IMG/VR virus record: IMGVR_UViG_3300014205_000226
Coordinates: 2,440 to 66,439 of that record
Strand: one strand, 5' to 3'
DNA length: 64,000 nt
Origin: a virus
Taxonomy: Duplodnaviria > Caudoviricetes
Shown: piece by piece, positions 7,778-17,085 of the stretch
Position numbering within the stretch: the stretch's first letter is position 1
Layout of the letters: each line of letters opens with the position of its first letter
Position numbers and translations under genes: made by a program
Notes under the pieces: model-generated
The model's input: only the letters and a program-made list of their open reading frames with translations
What the model was told of the DNA's origin: nothing
Database searches by the model: none

Positions 7778-9562
7778 TCAAAACGGCAGCGCGGCGTCCG
7801 CGTCCTGCCACTGGTGACACCCCGTCTTCCGCTCCACCGCATCGCTGGGCACCGTCGCATTATTCGGCGCGCAGAACTCGGTGGTGCTGAAATGCAGGCA
7901 GGACCAGCAGGCGCGGGGGAGGGCGCCTGTTGGATCTTCCGCAAACTCTACGGCGCAAATCTCCGAGTACTTCGGGTTGTCTTTCTGCGGACGGGTCGCA
8001 ATGCGTGTGGGCTTCCTCAAATCCTCAGCCAAAGCCAGCGCTTCCTCAATCGTCGCCGGGCAGCGTTCGGGGGAGCGGGCGTTCCAGAACTTCTCTGCGG
8101 CACGGCGCGCGAATCCGTCATGTTCAATGCACACGAACTGGCTGTATGATTTGCGGAAACCACATTCATGGATCACACGCAGGGTGTCCCGCTTCCCGTT
8201 TTTGCCAGCGTTGCGCGCGTAGAGCACGTCGGTGACATCGTGCCATTCGGGTTCGATGGCGTCGGACGTGACCGCTTTCGTAGACGGCGCCGCGTACAGT
8301 TCTTTCGCCGGTTCCGGGAACGGATGGCCGCACGCCTTGCAAATGCGTTCGCCAGCGGGCCGATATTCCTCACACGCGCTGCACACTTTAACAATGGCCT
8401 CGCCCGTTGCTTCACCCTGCGCCTTATCGCGGACGCGAATAGCGTCGATTGGACCGAAATATTCCACCAGGTTACAGTGGTCCAAAATAAGACAGTCTGT
8501 CTTACCCGGAAAAATGCGCATCCCGCGACCGATGTATTGGACATACTTGGATGCGCTCTTGGTCGGTCGGAGTAAACTGATAAGCGAAACCCGCGGGCTA
8601 TCCCAACCAGTGCTCAGCACATCCACCGATACGAGGCAGCGAATCTCGCCACGTTCGAACGCATCCAGTCGGTACTTCCGCTCGTCAGTCGCCAGTTCAC
8701 CGTAGACAACGGCCGCGACAATACCGCGCTCGGTCAGCTTCTCCGCAACGTGCTTGGCGTGCTCCACGTTGCAGGCGAAGCAAACCCAATGCGAACGATC
8801 TGCCCCCCTTGTCACCATCTCATCAACGGCGCGCTCCGTGATCGCGTCCACGTCAACCGCGGCTGCCAACTCGGTGGCTATGTACTCGCCACCGCGTGTG
8901 TGGACACCAGACAGATCAACGCGCCCATCAATCTTGGGCGTGACGGGTCTTGTTAACCATCCGTCGTTAATGCCGCGCATGACATCATATTCGTACGCGG
9001 TTCCGGCAAACAGCGCGTCCTTGCCTTGGTCCAAGCGCCCGCTACTCAGTTTGTACGGCGTGGCGCTGTAGCCCACTACCAGCAGGTCAGGATTTTGGAG
9101 CCTCTGTGCCGCCAAAAACGTTCGGTACTGGCCAGTTTGTTTGTCCGCCAACTGGTGGCATTCGTCGAGGTGGATTGCGTGGAACGGTTTGTCATACGCA
9201 CGATTCACCAGTGATTGAATGCTGCCTACCGTGATCGGCCGTTGCAGGTCGCGTTGTTTGAGTTTGGCATTATAGATGCCAACGTCGCGCGGGTCATTCA
9301 ATAGACGCAACTTCGCCGCGTTCTGCACGATCAACTCCGACTGCATCGTCAGCACCAGTTGGTTGAAATCCTGGATACCGTTGGTGCGTGCCGAGTCCGC
9401 AAACTGGCGCACGTTGTTTGCGATCACGACCGATTTACCTATCCCTGTCGGCATGACAATAAGCGGCCATCCTTGTTTCGTGCGTATCCAATCAAACAAG
9501 GCGTCCGTGGCCTCAATTTGATAGTCGCGCAGTTCTATGCTCGGGAGCATGGCGGTGGTCAT
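7778..9562 (-). CDS. SF2 (DEAD/DEAH-like) helicase with zinc finger
   Basis: LRDYQ, MPTGIGKS, LDECH, SATP, GWDSPRV, QYIGRGMR, CSACEE..CKACG. Confidence 0.92.
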   Translation of the reverse strand: MTTAMLPSIELRDYQIEATDALFDWIRTKQGWPLIVMPTGIGKSVVIANNVRQFADSARTNGIQDFNQLVLTMQSELIVQNAAKLRLLNDPRDVGIYNAKLKQRDLQRPITVGSIQSLVNRAYDKPFHAIHLDECHQLADKQTGQYRTFLAAQRLQNPDLLVVGYSATPYKLSSGRLDQGKDALFAGTAYEYDVMRGINDGWLTRPVTPKIDGRVDLSGVHTRGGEYIATELAAAVDVDAITERAVDEMVTRGADRSHWVCFACNVEHAKHVAEKLTERGIVAAVVYGELATDERKYRLDAFERGEIRCLVSVDVLSTGWDSPRVSLISLLRPTKSASKYVQYIGRGMRIFPGKTDCLILDHCNLVEYFGPIDAIRVRDKAQGEATGEAIVKVCSACEEYRPAGERICKACGHPFPEPAKELYAAPSTKAVTSDAIEPEWHDVTDVLYARNAGKNGKRDTLRVIHECGFRKSYSQFVCIEHDGFARRAAEKFWNARSPERCPATIEEALALAEDLRKPTRIATRPQKDNPKYSEICAVEFAEDPTGALPRACWSCLHFSTTEFCAPNNATVPSDAVERKTGCHQWQDADAALPF

Positions 9563-10362
9563 GCAGCGAAACTCAGTTCGGCTTGGCCAGCGAACACTTC
9601 GGGCAGTTTGTCGTTCTTGCTGAGGTTGCAGAACGCGCACGACGCGCAGAGGTTGCCGATTACATGCGCGCCACCCCTGTTTAGCGGGATAATGTGGTCC
9701 ATATGTCGCTTTGCCTTCGGCACGTTCTTGCCGCACCAATAACAGCAAAGGCGCGACACTGATTTCATCCAAACGAGAAAGTGCTTGATTGTTTCAATCG
9801 CCCCTGTGTCCGCTCTTTTCTTGATAGCTCGGCGCTGCGCGTTGTTGGCCGCGCGTTTCGATGGGCTCGCCGCATAGTCCGCTCGTGCCTTTGCGTTTCT
9901 TTCATCGCGGGTTGCTTCACGTTTCGCGCGCGCTTTTTCGATTATTACATCGTGGTTACGGTAGTAATAGCGCATGCCGGAAGCGTTGGCCGCTGGCTGG
10001 ATTCGCTTCCGCTCCTCTGGCGTCAGCAGAGCTTTTCTAGCGGTGGCGTAAGCGATCTTCTTTTCCCTGTTCGCTGCGTACCAAGCAGCGTCCTTCGCTT
10101 TCATCTTTTCGGGGCTCTTTTCATACCGGGCGCGGTTTTTCTCCCGCACCCTGTCAGGGTTCGCCTTAGTCCATTCGCGCCGCTTCTCGTTTTTGCACGC
10201 CGCGCAACTGGCGTCGGTTACAATCCGAGAACTTACGTGCCCGCGCTTGCACGGATTGCCCGTGTAATACCGCGTCAACCCGCGCGCCTTCGCTTCCGCG
10301 CGGGGAATCACCGGCCGTGAATCCGGTTGTGGCACGCTCTGCAGGTCGCTCTGATTTGCCAT
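9559..10362 (-). CDS. HNH endonuclease with long basic helical region
   Basis: RYYTGNPCKRGH..CAAC; C-terminal CYWCG..HMDHIIPLNRGGAH..NL..SC..CN. Confidence 0.88.
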   Translation of the reverse strand: MANQSDLQSVPQPDSRPVIPRAEAKARGLTRYYTGNPCKRGHVSSRIVTDASCAACKNEKRREWTKANPDRVREKNRARYEKSPEKMKAKDAAWYAANREKKIAYATARKALLTPEERKRIQPAANASGMRYYYRNHDVIIEKARAKREATRDERNAKARADYAASPSKRAANNAQRRAIKKRADTGAIETIKHFLVWMKSVSRLCCYWCGKNVPKAKRHMDHIIPLNRGGAHVIGNLCASCAFCNLSKNDKLPEVFAGQAELSFAA

Positions 10363-10607
10363 AGGGGCTGCGTGGATAACGTTTCGTGCGTAAGGACAGC
10401 GGGGTAGCTGACATGGTGGGCATCCGTCGCGGGGCTCGTCAGACACGCTTTGCAAAGGTGGCCATCGCGGCGCATAACTTTTGCGCGCATTGCGGCCCAC
10501 TCGGGTGTCTTGAGAAACAGTGCGTGAACTAAATGCCAATCGGTAGCGCTGCGTTTAATGCGCATGCGGTGTGTGCTGAATCTAGTATGAAAAAGGTGAA
10601 AAGTCAC
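10308..10607 (-). CDS. small HNH endonuclease
   Basis: EWAAMRAKVMRRDGHLCKAC..AHH..CRACHNRIH; start uncertain. Confidence 0.7.
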   Translation of the reverse strand: MTFHLFHTRFSTHRMRIKRSATDWHLVHALFLKTPEWAAMRAKVMRRDGHLCKACLTSPATDAHHVSYPAVLTHETLSTQPLWQIRATCRACHNRIHGR

Positions 10608-10616
10608 GCAGTTTGT

Positions 10617-10955
10617 TTAGGCGGCGCGTGGTAAGTCGTACTTGGTGACACGCCCTTCGGTAATGCGCTGCATGGTGCCGTGATGTGCGTATCGCCAGAG
10701 CGTATTTGCGATGTACGGTTGCTTAAGTGCGAGCGCGTTCGCGATCGCGGCGGGTGTAGACGCGCCGTGTTGTGTTAAGTGCGCGACGATTCGGCGCCGC
10801 AATGGCCCTTGCACAATGCCGGCGTGTTTCAATCGCCATGCTTTTACGGTTGGCAGCGGCACGTTGTGTTTCGTGGCCGCTGCTTCGCACGTGGTGGCGC
10901 ACGCGTCTTGTACCGCTTGGCGAATGAATGGCCAGGTATAGACTGTTTTACTCAC
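10617..10955 (-). CDS. HTH/winged-helix protein
   Basis: AAATKHNVPLPTVKAW and STPAAIANAL..YIANTLWR patterns. Confidence 0.55.
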   Translation of the reverse strand: MSKTVYTWPFIRQAVQDACATTCEAAATKHNVPLPTVKAWRLKHAGIVQGPLRRRIVAHLTQHGASTPAAIANALALKQPYIANTLWRYAHHGTMQRITEGRVTKYDLPRAA

Positions 10956-11143
10956 GCGGCCACCTTCCGCGTCTCGTTCCACTTGGCGTGCGTCATCATT
11001 TTGCGGTAGAGGGGACACGGTGGATTCGGACAGCGCACGCCTTGCAGGTAGACGGGCTCCGCAGCGTGTCCGCACCATTCACACGGCGGCTGCGGCTGTG
11101 CGTGTAATCGTTCGCGGGTGCTGATGGGGATGCGGCTACTCAT
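10952..11143 (-). CDS. small zinc-binding protein
   Basis: CEWCG..RCPNPPC; coupled to neighbours. Confidence 0.5.
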   Translation of the reverse strand: MSSRIPISTRERLHAQPQPPCEWCGHAAEPVYLQGVRCPNPPCPLYRKMMTHAKWNETRKVAA

Positions 11144-11277
11144 GCGTTCCGCCCCCAGCGCCACACCGTAGACTTCGGCAAGTGGAAGTGTTCGGCGGTT
11201 TGGCCGATGGTGTGCGTCTGCAGGTAGCGTAAGACCACGCGACACAACCGCGCGGAATAGGGGCGGGCGTGCCACAT
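11140..11277 (-). CDS. small HTH protein
   Basis: TIGQTAEHFHLPKSTVWRW. Confidence 0.5.
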   Translation of the reverse strand: MWHARPYSARLCRVVLRYLQTHTIGQTAEHFHLPKSTVWRWGRNA

Positions 11278-12188
11278 TAGGCGGCTTGCTCCACGGGGAA
11301 CGCGTTCACCAGCACACGTTCCTTGTACCATTCCGGCAACCCCGCAATCACACCGCGCGAAATGTGCGGCCATGCGTGCTTAAACAGCTTGTCCTTGATG
11401 TAGTCGGCTTCGTCTTTGTGCACATCGCTGGCCACTTCTTTCAGCAGCGCGCCGATGTCGCGCGGCGTGTCTGTGAGCGTGCCCGCTTCGCGCAAGTGCT
11501 GAATCGCTTTCTCCCAGCGTGCGTCGGTGCGCAGTTCAAGGATCAATGTGGTGATCACATCGCCCGTACTCGGGTTTGATTGCTTCCACTCGTGCGCGTG
11601 CTTCTCTTTGAACGCGTCGGTCACGTACTTACCCATCAGCACCTTCTTGTCCGGGCAAAAGCGTGCGTAGTTCTTGGCGACGATGCCTTCCGGTTGGACA
11701 GGGCCAAGGATGGAATTGGCTGGCAAGAGCGCCTTGAATTGCTCCATGCTCGTGATGGTGCCTTCGTACAGAATCGGCACGCAATCGAAGCCGAGACGCG
11801 CGGCTTCCGCCTGTTTTTCAGCGGGCGTCAGGTAGTGCTGGTCGCCTTTGTCCACGTCGTAGAGCACGACATGCCCGACTGGCACACGCTCATACGCCAG
11901 TGAATTGTGTTTCGGCTTTTGCAGATATTCGCCGCGGTAGGTGTAGCCCGGTGTGAGTAGGTGCGCTCGCTCGCGAACAGCGGCGACACCGGCCGCAAAC
12001 ATTCCTTCCGGTTCGTCGATGTTGAGCGTGGCGCCGCGTGAGCGCGCGTGCAGCACGCCGTCCTTGATGCCGAACGAGAATTGCGACCCGTCAATCTTTT
12101 CCTCAACAACAACAGGCCCATCGAACAACAGCGCGGCGGCCTTGTGGCCAACAGCGAACGGACTCGAATAGCTACGTAATGCGGACAT
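11277..12188 (-). CDS. ATP-dependent RNA ligase (Rnl2-like nucleotidyltransferase)
   Basis: Motif I EEKIDGSQF, RGEY, VLYDV, VPILYEG, PEGIVAK, MGKYV. Confidence 0.82.
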   Translation of the reverse strand: MSALRSYSSPFAVGHKAAALLFDGPVVVEEKIDGSQFSFGIKDGVLHARSRGATLNIDEPEGMFAAGVAAVRERAHLLTPGYTYRGEYLQKPKHNSLAYERVPVGHVVLYDVDKGDQHYLTPAEKQAEAARLGFDCVPILYEGTITSMEQFKALLPANSILGPVQPEGIVAKNYARFCPDKKVLMGKYVTDAFKEKHAHEWKQSNPSTGDVITTLILELRTDARWEKAIQHLREAGTLTDTPRDIGALLKEVASDVHKDEADYIKDKLFKHAWPHISRGVIAGLPEWYKERVLVNAFPVEQAA

Positions 12189-12209
12189 GTGTGTTTGGAT
12201 TGAGTGTAA

Positions 12210-12428
12210 TTACAGCGAGTGAACAACAGGGACCCACCCTTCGCCCTTGCAGGTGTGGCATGGGGTCTCGGTGAGGAAGCCTTCGTGGGTGGTGAGGTGG
12301 CCCGATACGCAACCACTGGGACACACCGCTTTCCCTGCCCACCACGCCCGGTGCGCTTTCGCGTCGTAGCAGGAGTGGGGGTGGGTGGTGGGGACCATGG
12401 ATTCGCAGTGTTTGCAGTAGACTTTCAT
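12210..12428 (-). CDS. small Cys/His-rich protein
   Basis: CKHC..CPSGC..CHTCKGEG. Confidence 0.55.
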   Translation of the reverse strand: MKVYCKHCESMVPTTHPHSCYDAKAHRAWWAGKAVCPSGCVSGHLTTHEGFLTETPCHTCKGEGWVPVVHSL

Positions 12429-13519
12429 GCGGCATCTTGTTGGCAAGCGGTTGGCGATTCTTCCTCACGCATAGCGGCGTAATGGTCGTGCAACTCACGC
12501 CAGCATCCCGCGCGCAGGATGACCGGCAGCTTTTGTTGCGCGATGAGCTTTTCCAGATGTGCGTTGAGTGCGGCGCGGAATGGTGCCGGGTGCCGCGCGA
12601 TCTTCACGAGCGACGCGTGTGCCGTTCGGTCGTTGTCGTTGGTGAGCGCGACGCGCCAGCAATGTTGACAGTGCCACCCTTCGATCTGGTAACGCGCTTC
12701 ATCCTCGGGCCATTTCTTCGCCGTGATGAGGACGGTGGATACGAGTGTGCCGCTCGCCTTGAACGCTTGCGGCGGCAACTGTTCAAAAGTTCCGTACTCA
12801 AACACAAAACGGCGAAACGCTTCCGCCCATGCAGCTGTGGCAAACGTCCAGCCTTCGGGGGCGATGGCCACCAGTTGCCCATACGGTTTGAGCAGTGCCC
12901 ACGCGTGTAGGATGTGCGTGGCGTAGGCTTGCTTATCATCCGCCAATGAGAACGGCGGGTTCATTAGCACCACGTCAAACGGTTCTGCTGAATAGGTCAG
13001 GAAATCGCATTGCGTCACCGAGTGGCCGTGCTTGCGCAGCGCCGCTGCGCTCAAATCAAGCACTTCGACGCATTCGATGGTGGCATTCGGTGCGCGGCGG
13101 CGTGCCGCATCCGCGATCGCGCCCAGCCCTGCGGACGGTTCCAGTATGCGTAACGCTCTGGTGTCCGCTTCCTGAATACCGGCTGCGTCCAGTATCTCCG
13201 CGATCACCGCTGCTGGCGTCGGAAAGAACGCCGTCGGATTCTTCGGCGGCATCGTGCCAGTTTCGATCAGCGCTGAGAGCGCGTCGGCTGGGTCGTACTG
13301 GAACACGTGCGCTTTCGTGCGCCCGCCTTTCCACTCGCCGCCGATGCGCGTTAGCGCTTCGTTGACGGCTTCGTATGTGGCGCGTTCCAATTGCGCTGGC
13401 GGCAGCTTGATGTGGTGCGCTTCCACGACGCAATTGGCGAGCACACCAAGCGTAGCGGCCGATAATCGGTCACCTGTTGGCTCGGTTGGCGAGTCGAAGA
13501 ATGAGGATTGCGTTTTCAT
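12425..13519 (-). CDS. solitary DNA adenine methyltransferase
   Basis: FFPTP, ILEPSAGLGAIA (SAM binding), VVLMNPPF (catalytic); no adjacent restriction enzyme. Confidence 0.9.
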   Translation of the reverse strand: MKTQSSFFDSPTEPTGDRLSAATLGVLANCVVEAHHIKLPPAQLERATYEAVNEALTRIGGEWKGGRTKAHVFQYDPADALSALIETGTMPPKNPTAFFPTPAAVIAEILDAAGIQEADTRALRILEPSAGLGAIADAARRRAPNATIECVEVLDLSAAALRKHGHSVTQCDFLTYSAEPFDVVLMNPPFSLADDKQAYATHILHAWALLKPYGQLVAIAPEGWTFATAAWAEAFRRFVFEYGTFEQLPPQAFKASGTLVSTVLITAKKWPEDEARYQIEGWHCQHCWRVALTNDNDRTAHASLVKIARHPAPFRAALNAHLEKLIAQQKLPVILRAGCWRELHDHYAAMREEESPTACQQDAA

Positions 13520-13644
13520 CGTTTACGCTCCAACAGCGCCGCAATCGGCTCCGCCTTCACCGTCTGCTGTGGCGCCTGATACGCCCACCCCCGCGCCGTC
13601 CAGCCGAGCGCGAGGCCGGTGATGAGAGAGAGGAAGCGGCGCAT
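13516..13644 (-). CDS. 42-aa hydrophobic peptide (not in the ORF track)
   Basis: MRRFLSLITGLALGWTARGWAYQAPQQTVKAEPIAALLERKR fills the gap and overlaps the stop of 13644..14078 and the start of the MTase. Confidence 0.6.
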   Translation of the reverse strand: MRRFLSLITGLALGWTARGWAYQAPQQTVKAEPIAALLERKR

Positions 13645-14078
13645 CAGTCGTTGTAGCGCCACGTTTTCGTGGTGCCGATTTCGACGTAGTTGCGCCGAGA
13701 CAGTTCCAGTTCGATGGCGTTGCGCGCGTCCTCTAGCTCCGTTTCATCAGTCGTGATGAGCGAGCCGAACCACTCGCGGTGCGTCAAGTCGTCGCTGAGC
13801 GAGACTGTGCTCTGTTCCGTGTACATTGCGATGATCTGCTTGGGACGTTTTGCCGCTTGCTCGGCTTCCCACGCCGCCGCCTTCGTGCCGTCCGGATCTT
13901 CCGTGCTGAATCGGAACGGGTTGCGCATGTGTCGCGCCCAGTCGTGGCGGTTTCGTATTTCGACGCAACGCACAGAGGCGTAGTAGCATCCCGTGCGACG
14001 CAGCCACCAGCCGCGCACCTGTTTGCGGTAATGGAACGCAGCGAACAACAACGCGAGCAGAACGATTTTGATAGTCAT
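13644..14078 (-). CDS. hypothetical protein with N-terminal membrane anchor
   Basis: MTIKIVLLALLFAAF followed by basic residues. Confidence 0.65.
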   Translation of the reverse strand: MTIKIVLLALLFAAFHYRKQVRGWWLRRTGCYYASVRCVEIRNRHDWARHMRNPFRFSTEDPDGTKAAAWEAEQAAKRPKQIIAMYTEQSTVSLSDDLTHREWFGSLITTDETELEDARNAIELELSRRNYVEIGTTKTWRYND

Positions 14079-14356
14079 GTCCTTAGTTGGTTAAATGTTG
14101 GAGCGCGAGGCCGAGGCAGGCCGCGAGGAGGGTTTTCACGCCGCCCTCCATTCCGCGCACAACTGTGCCGCGCGTTCGGCGGTAATGGCACGCGGTACGA
14201 ACACGTAGCCCGATGTGCGCCACTGCTTGTGATGCGCGGCCCTGGTTTCTTTACTGCGCGCGCGTTTCGCTGCGCCGCATTCGTTGCAACTGTCGTGTGA
14301 CCATCGGGGAATCACCGCGCCACATGTCCGGCACTCGCCCCCCACCGGCGGCGCGC

Positions 14357-14767
14357 TCATTCGGGGGGATGGTTGGTGGGTTGGGGCAATGGCACGAGCA
14401 GCGTCCACATGTCCACTTCTACCAATCCCGCGCGCGACGGGTGCGGGTCGTGGATCAGAGTGCCATTGCTGTACACGCACATATGCCGAAAGCCGCGCTC
14501 AGACAGCCCGCTCCCAAAGTGCACGCCCGGAAGAATGACGGGCCGTTCATCATCCACCGGCATGCGCAATGGGGAGAACCCGTACTCTTTGCACGATTCC
14601 TCAAACGCGCTCCACCAGTCGTACGCGTTGATGATGTGGTCGAATGTCTCAATCGGGGCGCCGGTTACGCTGGCGAGGCACGCCGCGACGCAGTTGCCTC
14701 GCACGCCGTTCTCGGGATCGTGAAGCCGGGTCTGCGTCACCGGCTTGCGGAGAGTCGGGCCGCTCAC
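14357..14767 (-). CDS. papain-fold (C39-like) peptidase-like protein
   Basis: GNCVAACLAS..FRHMCVY..IHDPHP. Confidence 0.6.
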   Translation of the reverse strand: MSGPTLRKPVTQTRLHDPENGVRGNCVAACLASVTGAPIETFDHIINAYDWWSAFEESCKEYGFSPLRMPVDDERPVILPGVHFGSGLSERGFRHMCVYSNGTLIHDPHPSRAGLVEVDMWTLLVPLPQPTNHPPE

Positions 14768-15111
14768 TTCGCCACCGCCTTGGCGGGCAGCGCGACGCAG
14801 GAGAGGGCAGGGCCTCTATAGTTCTCCAGCACGTAGCACACCACGCCGTTGGCCGTATCATGCCAGATACGATCCGGTCTCCACTGCCGCTGCGCCTCCA
14901 CCGACCCGCATCCCGCCAGCGCGGCCAGGAGGGGGAGCGCCAGAAAAGCTCTGGCACTACCCTTGGCACTATAGACCGTCAGAAACGATGGGCGCGTGCG
15001 GGTCCGTGTGGGTTGCGTTCCCTCTGACGGGAATGTCGCTAGCCTATGGCCCCAATCCTCATAAGGTTGGGGTAACGCGTGGCAAAGTGTTGATTTCACA
15101 AGAGGTTGCAT
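14764..15111 (-). CDS. putative lipoprotein overlapping the attP arm; start uncertain
   Basis: FLALPLLAALAGC lipobox, GVVCY..ALSCV; no canonical start codon near the lipobox. Confidence 0.45.
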   Translation of the reverse strand: MQPLVKSTLCHALPQPYEDWGHRLATFPSEGTQPTRTRTRPSFLTVYSAKGSARAFLALPLLAALAGCGSVEAQRQWRPDRIWHDTANGVVCYVLENYRGPALSCVALPAKAVAK

Positions 15112-15147
15112 AAATCTCCGAGAGGTTGGCACCACTGGTGGCACTAC
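14952..15147 (+). repeat. integrase arm-type sites: two tandem pairs of TGGCACYAY
   Basis: tggcactac 14952, tggcactat 14964, tggcaccac 15127, tggcactac 15139; 12-bp period within each pair. Confidence 0.75.
15083..15095 (-). promoter_or_regulatory. IHF consensus site within attP
   Basis: Minus strand AATCAACACTTTG matches WATCAANNNNTTR and lies between the arm repeats. Confidence 0.6.
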
Positions 15148-15158
15148 AGGTAGTTCAG

Positions 15159-15233
15159 GGCAGGGTAGCTCAGATGGTTAGAGCGCTCGACTCATAATCG
15201 AGAGGTTCGCGGGTTCGATCCCCGCCCCTGCTA
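15159..15233 (+). tRNA. tRNA-Met (CAT), probably elongator type; likely attP core
   Basis: Full cloverleaf GGCAGGG..CTCGA-CTCATAA-TCGAG..GCGGG-TTCGATC-CCCGC-CCCTGCT-A; no CCA; last 3 nt are the integrase stop on the other strand. Confidence 0.9.
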
Positions 15234-16394
15234 TTCGTTGGCCGTGCGCCGCCGCTGCTCATAAGCGGCGGTTTGCGTTTCTGCGTGTTCGCGGTCGTGC
15301 GCCTTGGGTTCAAAGCGCCCGTAAATTTTGAGCGTCAATTGTGTGGACGCGTGGCCGAGCTGGCGGCTCACGACTTCCACAGGCACGCCGGCACGCATCC
15401 TGGTCGCGGCCCAATGGTGGCGCGCGTTCCGAAGGGCCAGCGCCGGTTTCAGGTTGAGCCCGGCCCGTACGATCCGGCCGTGCGAATCCTTGAGCCCCGT
15501 ACTGACCGCGTGCCGGTGCCAGTCGCTGGTGGTCCAGCGGTCCCACGTGGCCGGGAAGACGCGCCCGCTCAGTTGCGTTTTTGCATGGTCCCAAAACACC
15601 GGCCACGCCCAATCCGCGACACGGCACACCCGGTCCCGCGTGCGGGTTTTGGTGCCCCGAATGCGCACCGACTTTTCAGCCGGTAGCACATCCGCCTTGT
15701 CGATGGTCAGGGCGCTCGACAGGTCCGCAGCGGCACCATACATCAGCGCATAGAGCGCCCGCCGGGCTTCGTCCTCATGCCAGTGCACGATGCGCTCGAC
15801 CACATCCAGCTCGTAAAACAGAATCGGTTGCTCCTGCAACGCAGGGCGCGCGACCGCGTGCATCGGGTTGCTGCCGAACACCCGCTTGACCGTCACCAGA
15901 TACTGAAAAAACGAGGTCAACGAACTATGCACCTTGCGGCGCGTGTTGCGCCCGCCCGCGTGCGTGGCCAGCGTCGTCGTCAGCCAATCGGTGGTCACCG
16001 ATGACGCCAGCCGCTTCACGCCTTCCGGGAAAAACAGCCGCGCGTGCGCCTTGGCGTAAGCCGCCGTAGCGGGCGCCACGGTCCCTGCGTACACCGCACA
16101 CCATTCGTCTACTAGTGGCGTGACATCTACGTCCGCCGCGCGGCGCCGCATGGCTTCCACATCCTTATCCGTTTCTGTCCATGCATCGTACAGCGCGCCA
16201 ATGGTGCGCGGTGCGGTCAGGACCGGCTCCAGCAAATCCCACGCGCGGTATTTGTCGGCCAGTTCGCTCCACATATGTTCGATGCGTTGCGCCAACTTTT
16301 TGTCGGTCGTGTGGGTACACAACTGCTTATAGCCCACGCGGGACGCGGCTTGAAAGTAGAATGTCGGGCGCCCCTTGCGGTGAAACACCATCAT
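15231..16394 (-). CDS. int: tyrosine integrase with atypical catalytic motifs
   Basis: RIRGTKT, RNARHHWA, QLGHAS, LKIYGR; ATGA coupling to xis. Confidence 0.88.
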   Translation of the reverse strand: MMVFHRKGRPTFYFQAASRVGYKQLCTHTTDKKLAQRIEHMWSELADKYRAWDLLEPVLTAPRTIGALYDAWTETDKDVEAMRRRAADVDVTPLVDEWCAVYAGTVAPATAAYAKAHARLFFPEGVKRLASSVTTDWLTTTLATHAGGRNTRRKVHSSLTSFFQYLVTVKRVFGSNPMHAVARPALQEQPILFYELDVVERIVHWHEDEARRALYALMYGAAADLSSALTIDKADVLPAEKSVRIRGTKTRTRDRVCRVADWAWPVFWDHAKTQLSGRVFPATWDRWTTSDWHRHAVSTGLKDSHGRIVRAGLNLKPALALRNARHHWAATRMRAGVPVEVVSRQLGHASTQLTLKIYGRFEPKAHDREHAETQTAAYEQRRRTANE

Positions 16395-16636
16395 GCGGCC
16401 CGCCGTTTTTTCGTGCGCGCGGCGTTCCACTGCTTGACTTCCGCGGGCAGAAACCGGAGCATCGGCTTACCGCCAATGTCGCGCTGCCCCTCTTTCTCGA
16501 TGCGCGGGCAGTCGCTGCCGTAGATGAAACTTTCCGACACGGTACAGAACGCGGCGGCGTGTTCAACCTTCCACTCGCCGTCCATCTGCATCAGTTGGTT
16601 GGCTTCTGCCAGGATTTCGGAGAGCGGGCGGGTCAT
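16391..16636 (-). CDS. excisionase-like HTH protein
   Basis: WKVEHAAAFCTVSESFIY..LRFLPAEVKQW; coupled to int. Confidence 0.7.
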   Translation of the reverse strand: MTRPLSEILAEANQLMQMDGEWKVEHAAAFCTVSESFIYGSDCPRIEKEGQRDIGGKPMLRFLPAEVKQWNAARTKKRRAA

Positions 16637-17085
16637 GCGGCTTCCTTGAGCCCACGAGCGATAGAGCATTGCAATTCGTCCGCCCGTTGCACGGCTCTCT
16701 GTCTGCGGATTTCGTCGTACGTACGCAGCGCGTCACCTGCAAAGCTTCGCCCTGAATTGGCGCCATAGATTCTGCGCAAGTCGTTCGCTTCAATGAACGC
16801 TGCAAGCCGAAACGGCCCAAGCCGCGTAACTCGCAACAACTCATCGTCGGCAACAAACCATTCACCCATCAGCCGTGTCTGGTGGAAAATGTGGTGCAGC
16901 GCCTTTTCGTACTGTGCGCCGTTGTTCACCACGCGCAGCACTGCCAGGTTTACGCCGCACCCACACGAAAGCGCTTGTCGGCGTTTCTCGATATCGTTGC
17001 TGATACCAATTTTCACCATATCGAAAAGCGCGTTGTGCATAAAGTAAAGATGTACTCCAGATTCCTGCTCGATGTGCTCACTCAT
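16633..17085 (-). CDS. GIY-YIG nuclease (T5orf172/MUG113-like)
   Basis: LYFM..VKIGISNDIEKR..EKALH..GEWF. Confidence 0.85.
   Translation of the reverse strand: MSEHIEQESGVHLYFMHNALFDMVKIGISNDIEKRRQALSCGCGVNLAVLRVVNNGAQYEKALHHIFHQTRLMGEWFVADDELLRVTRLGPFRLAAFIEANDLRRIYGANSGRSFAGDALRTYDEIRRQRAVQRADELQCSIARGLKEAA

Noticed and set aside
13606-14113. 13-bp direct repeat GAGCGCGAGGCCG flanking the 13644..14078 gene
   Set aside because: One copy is inside a coding peptide and the motif is very GC-rich, so chance is plausible.
15159-15233. tRNA-Met as a prophage/host boundary
   Set aside because: Phage-type genes in the same orientation continue on both sides and arm sites are adjacent, so this is attP.
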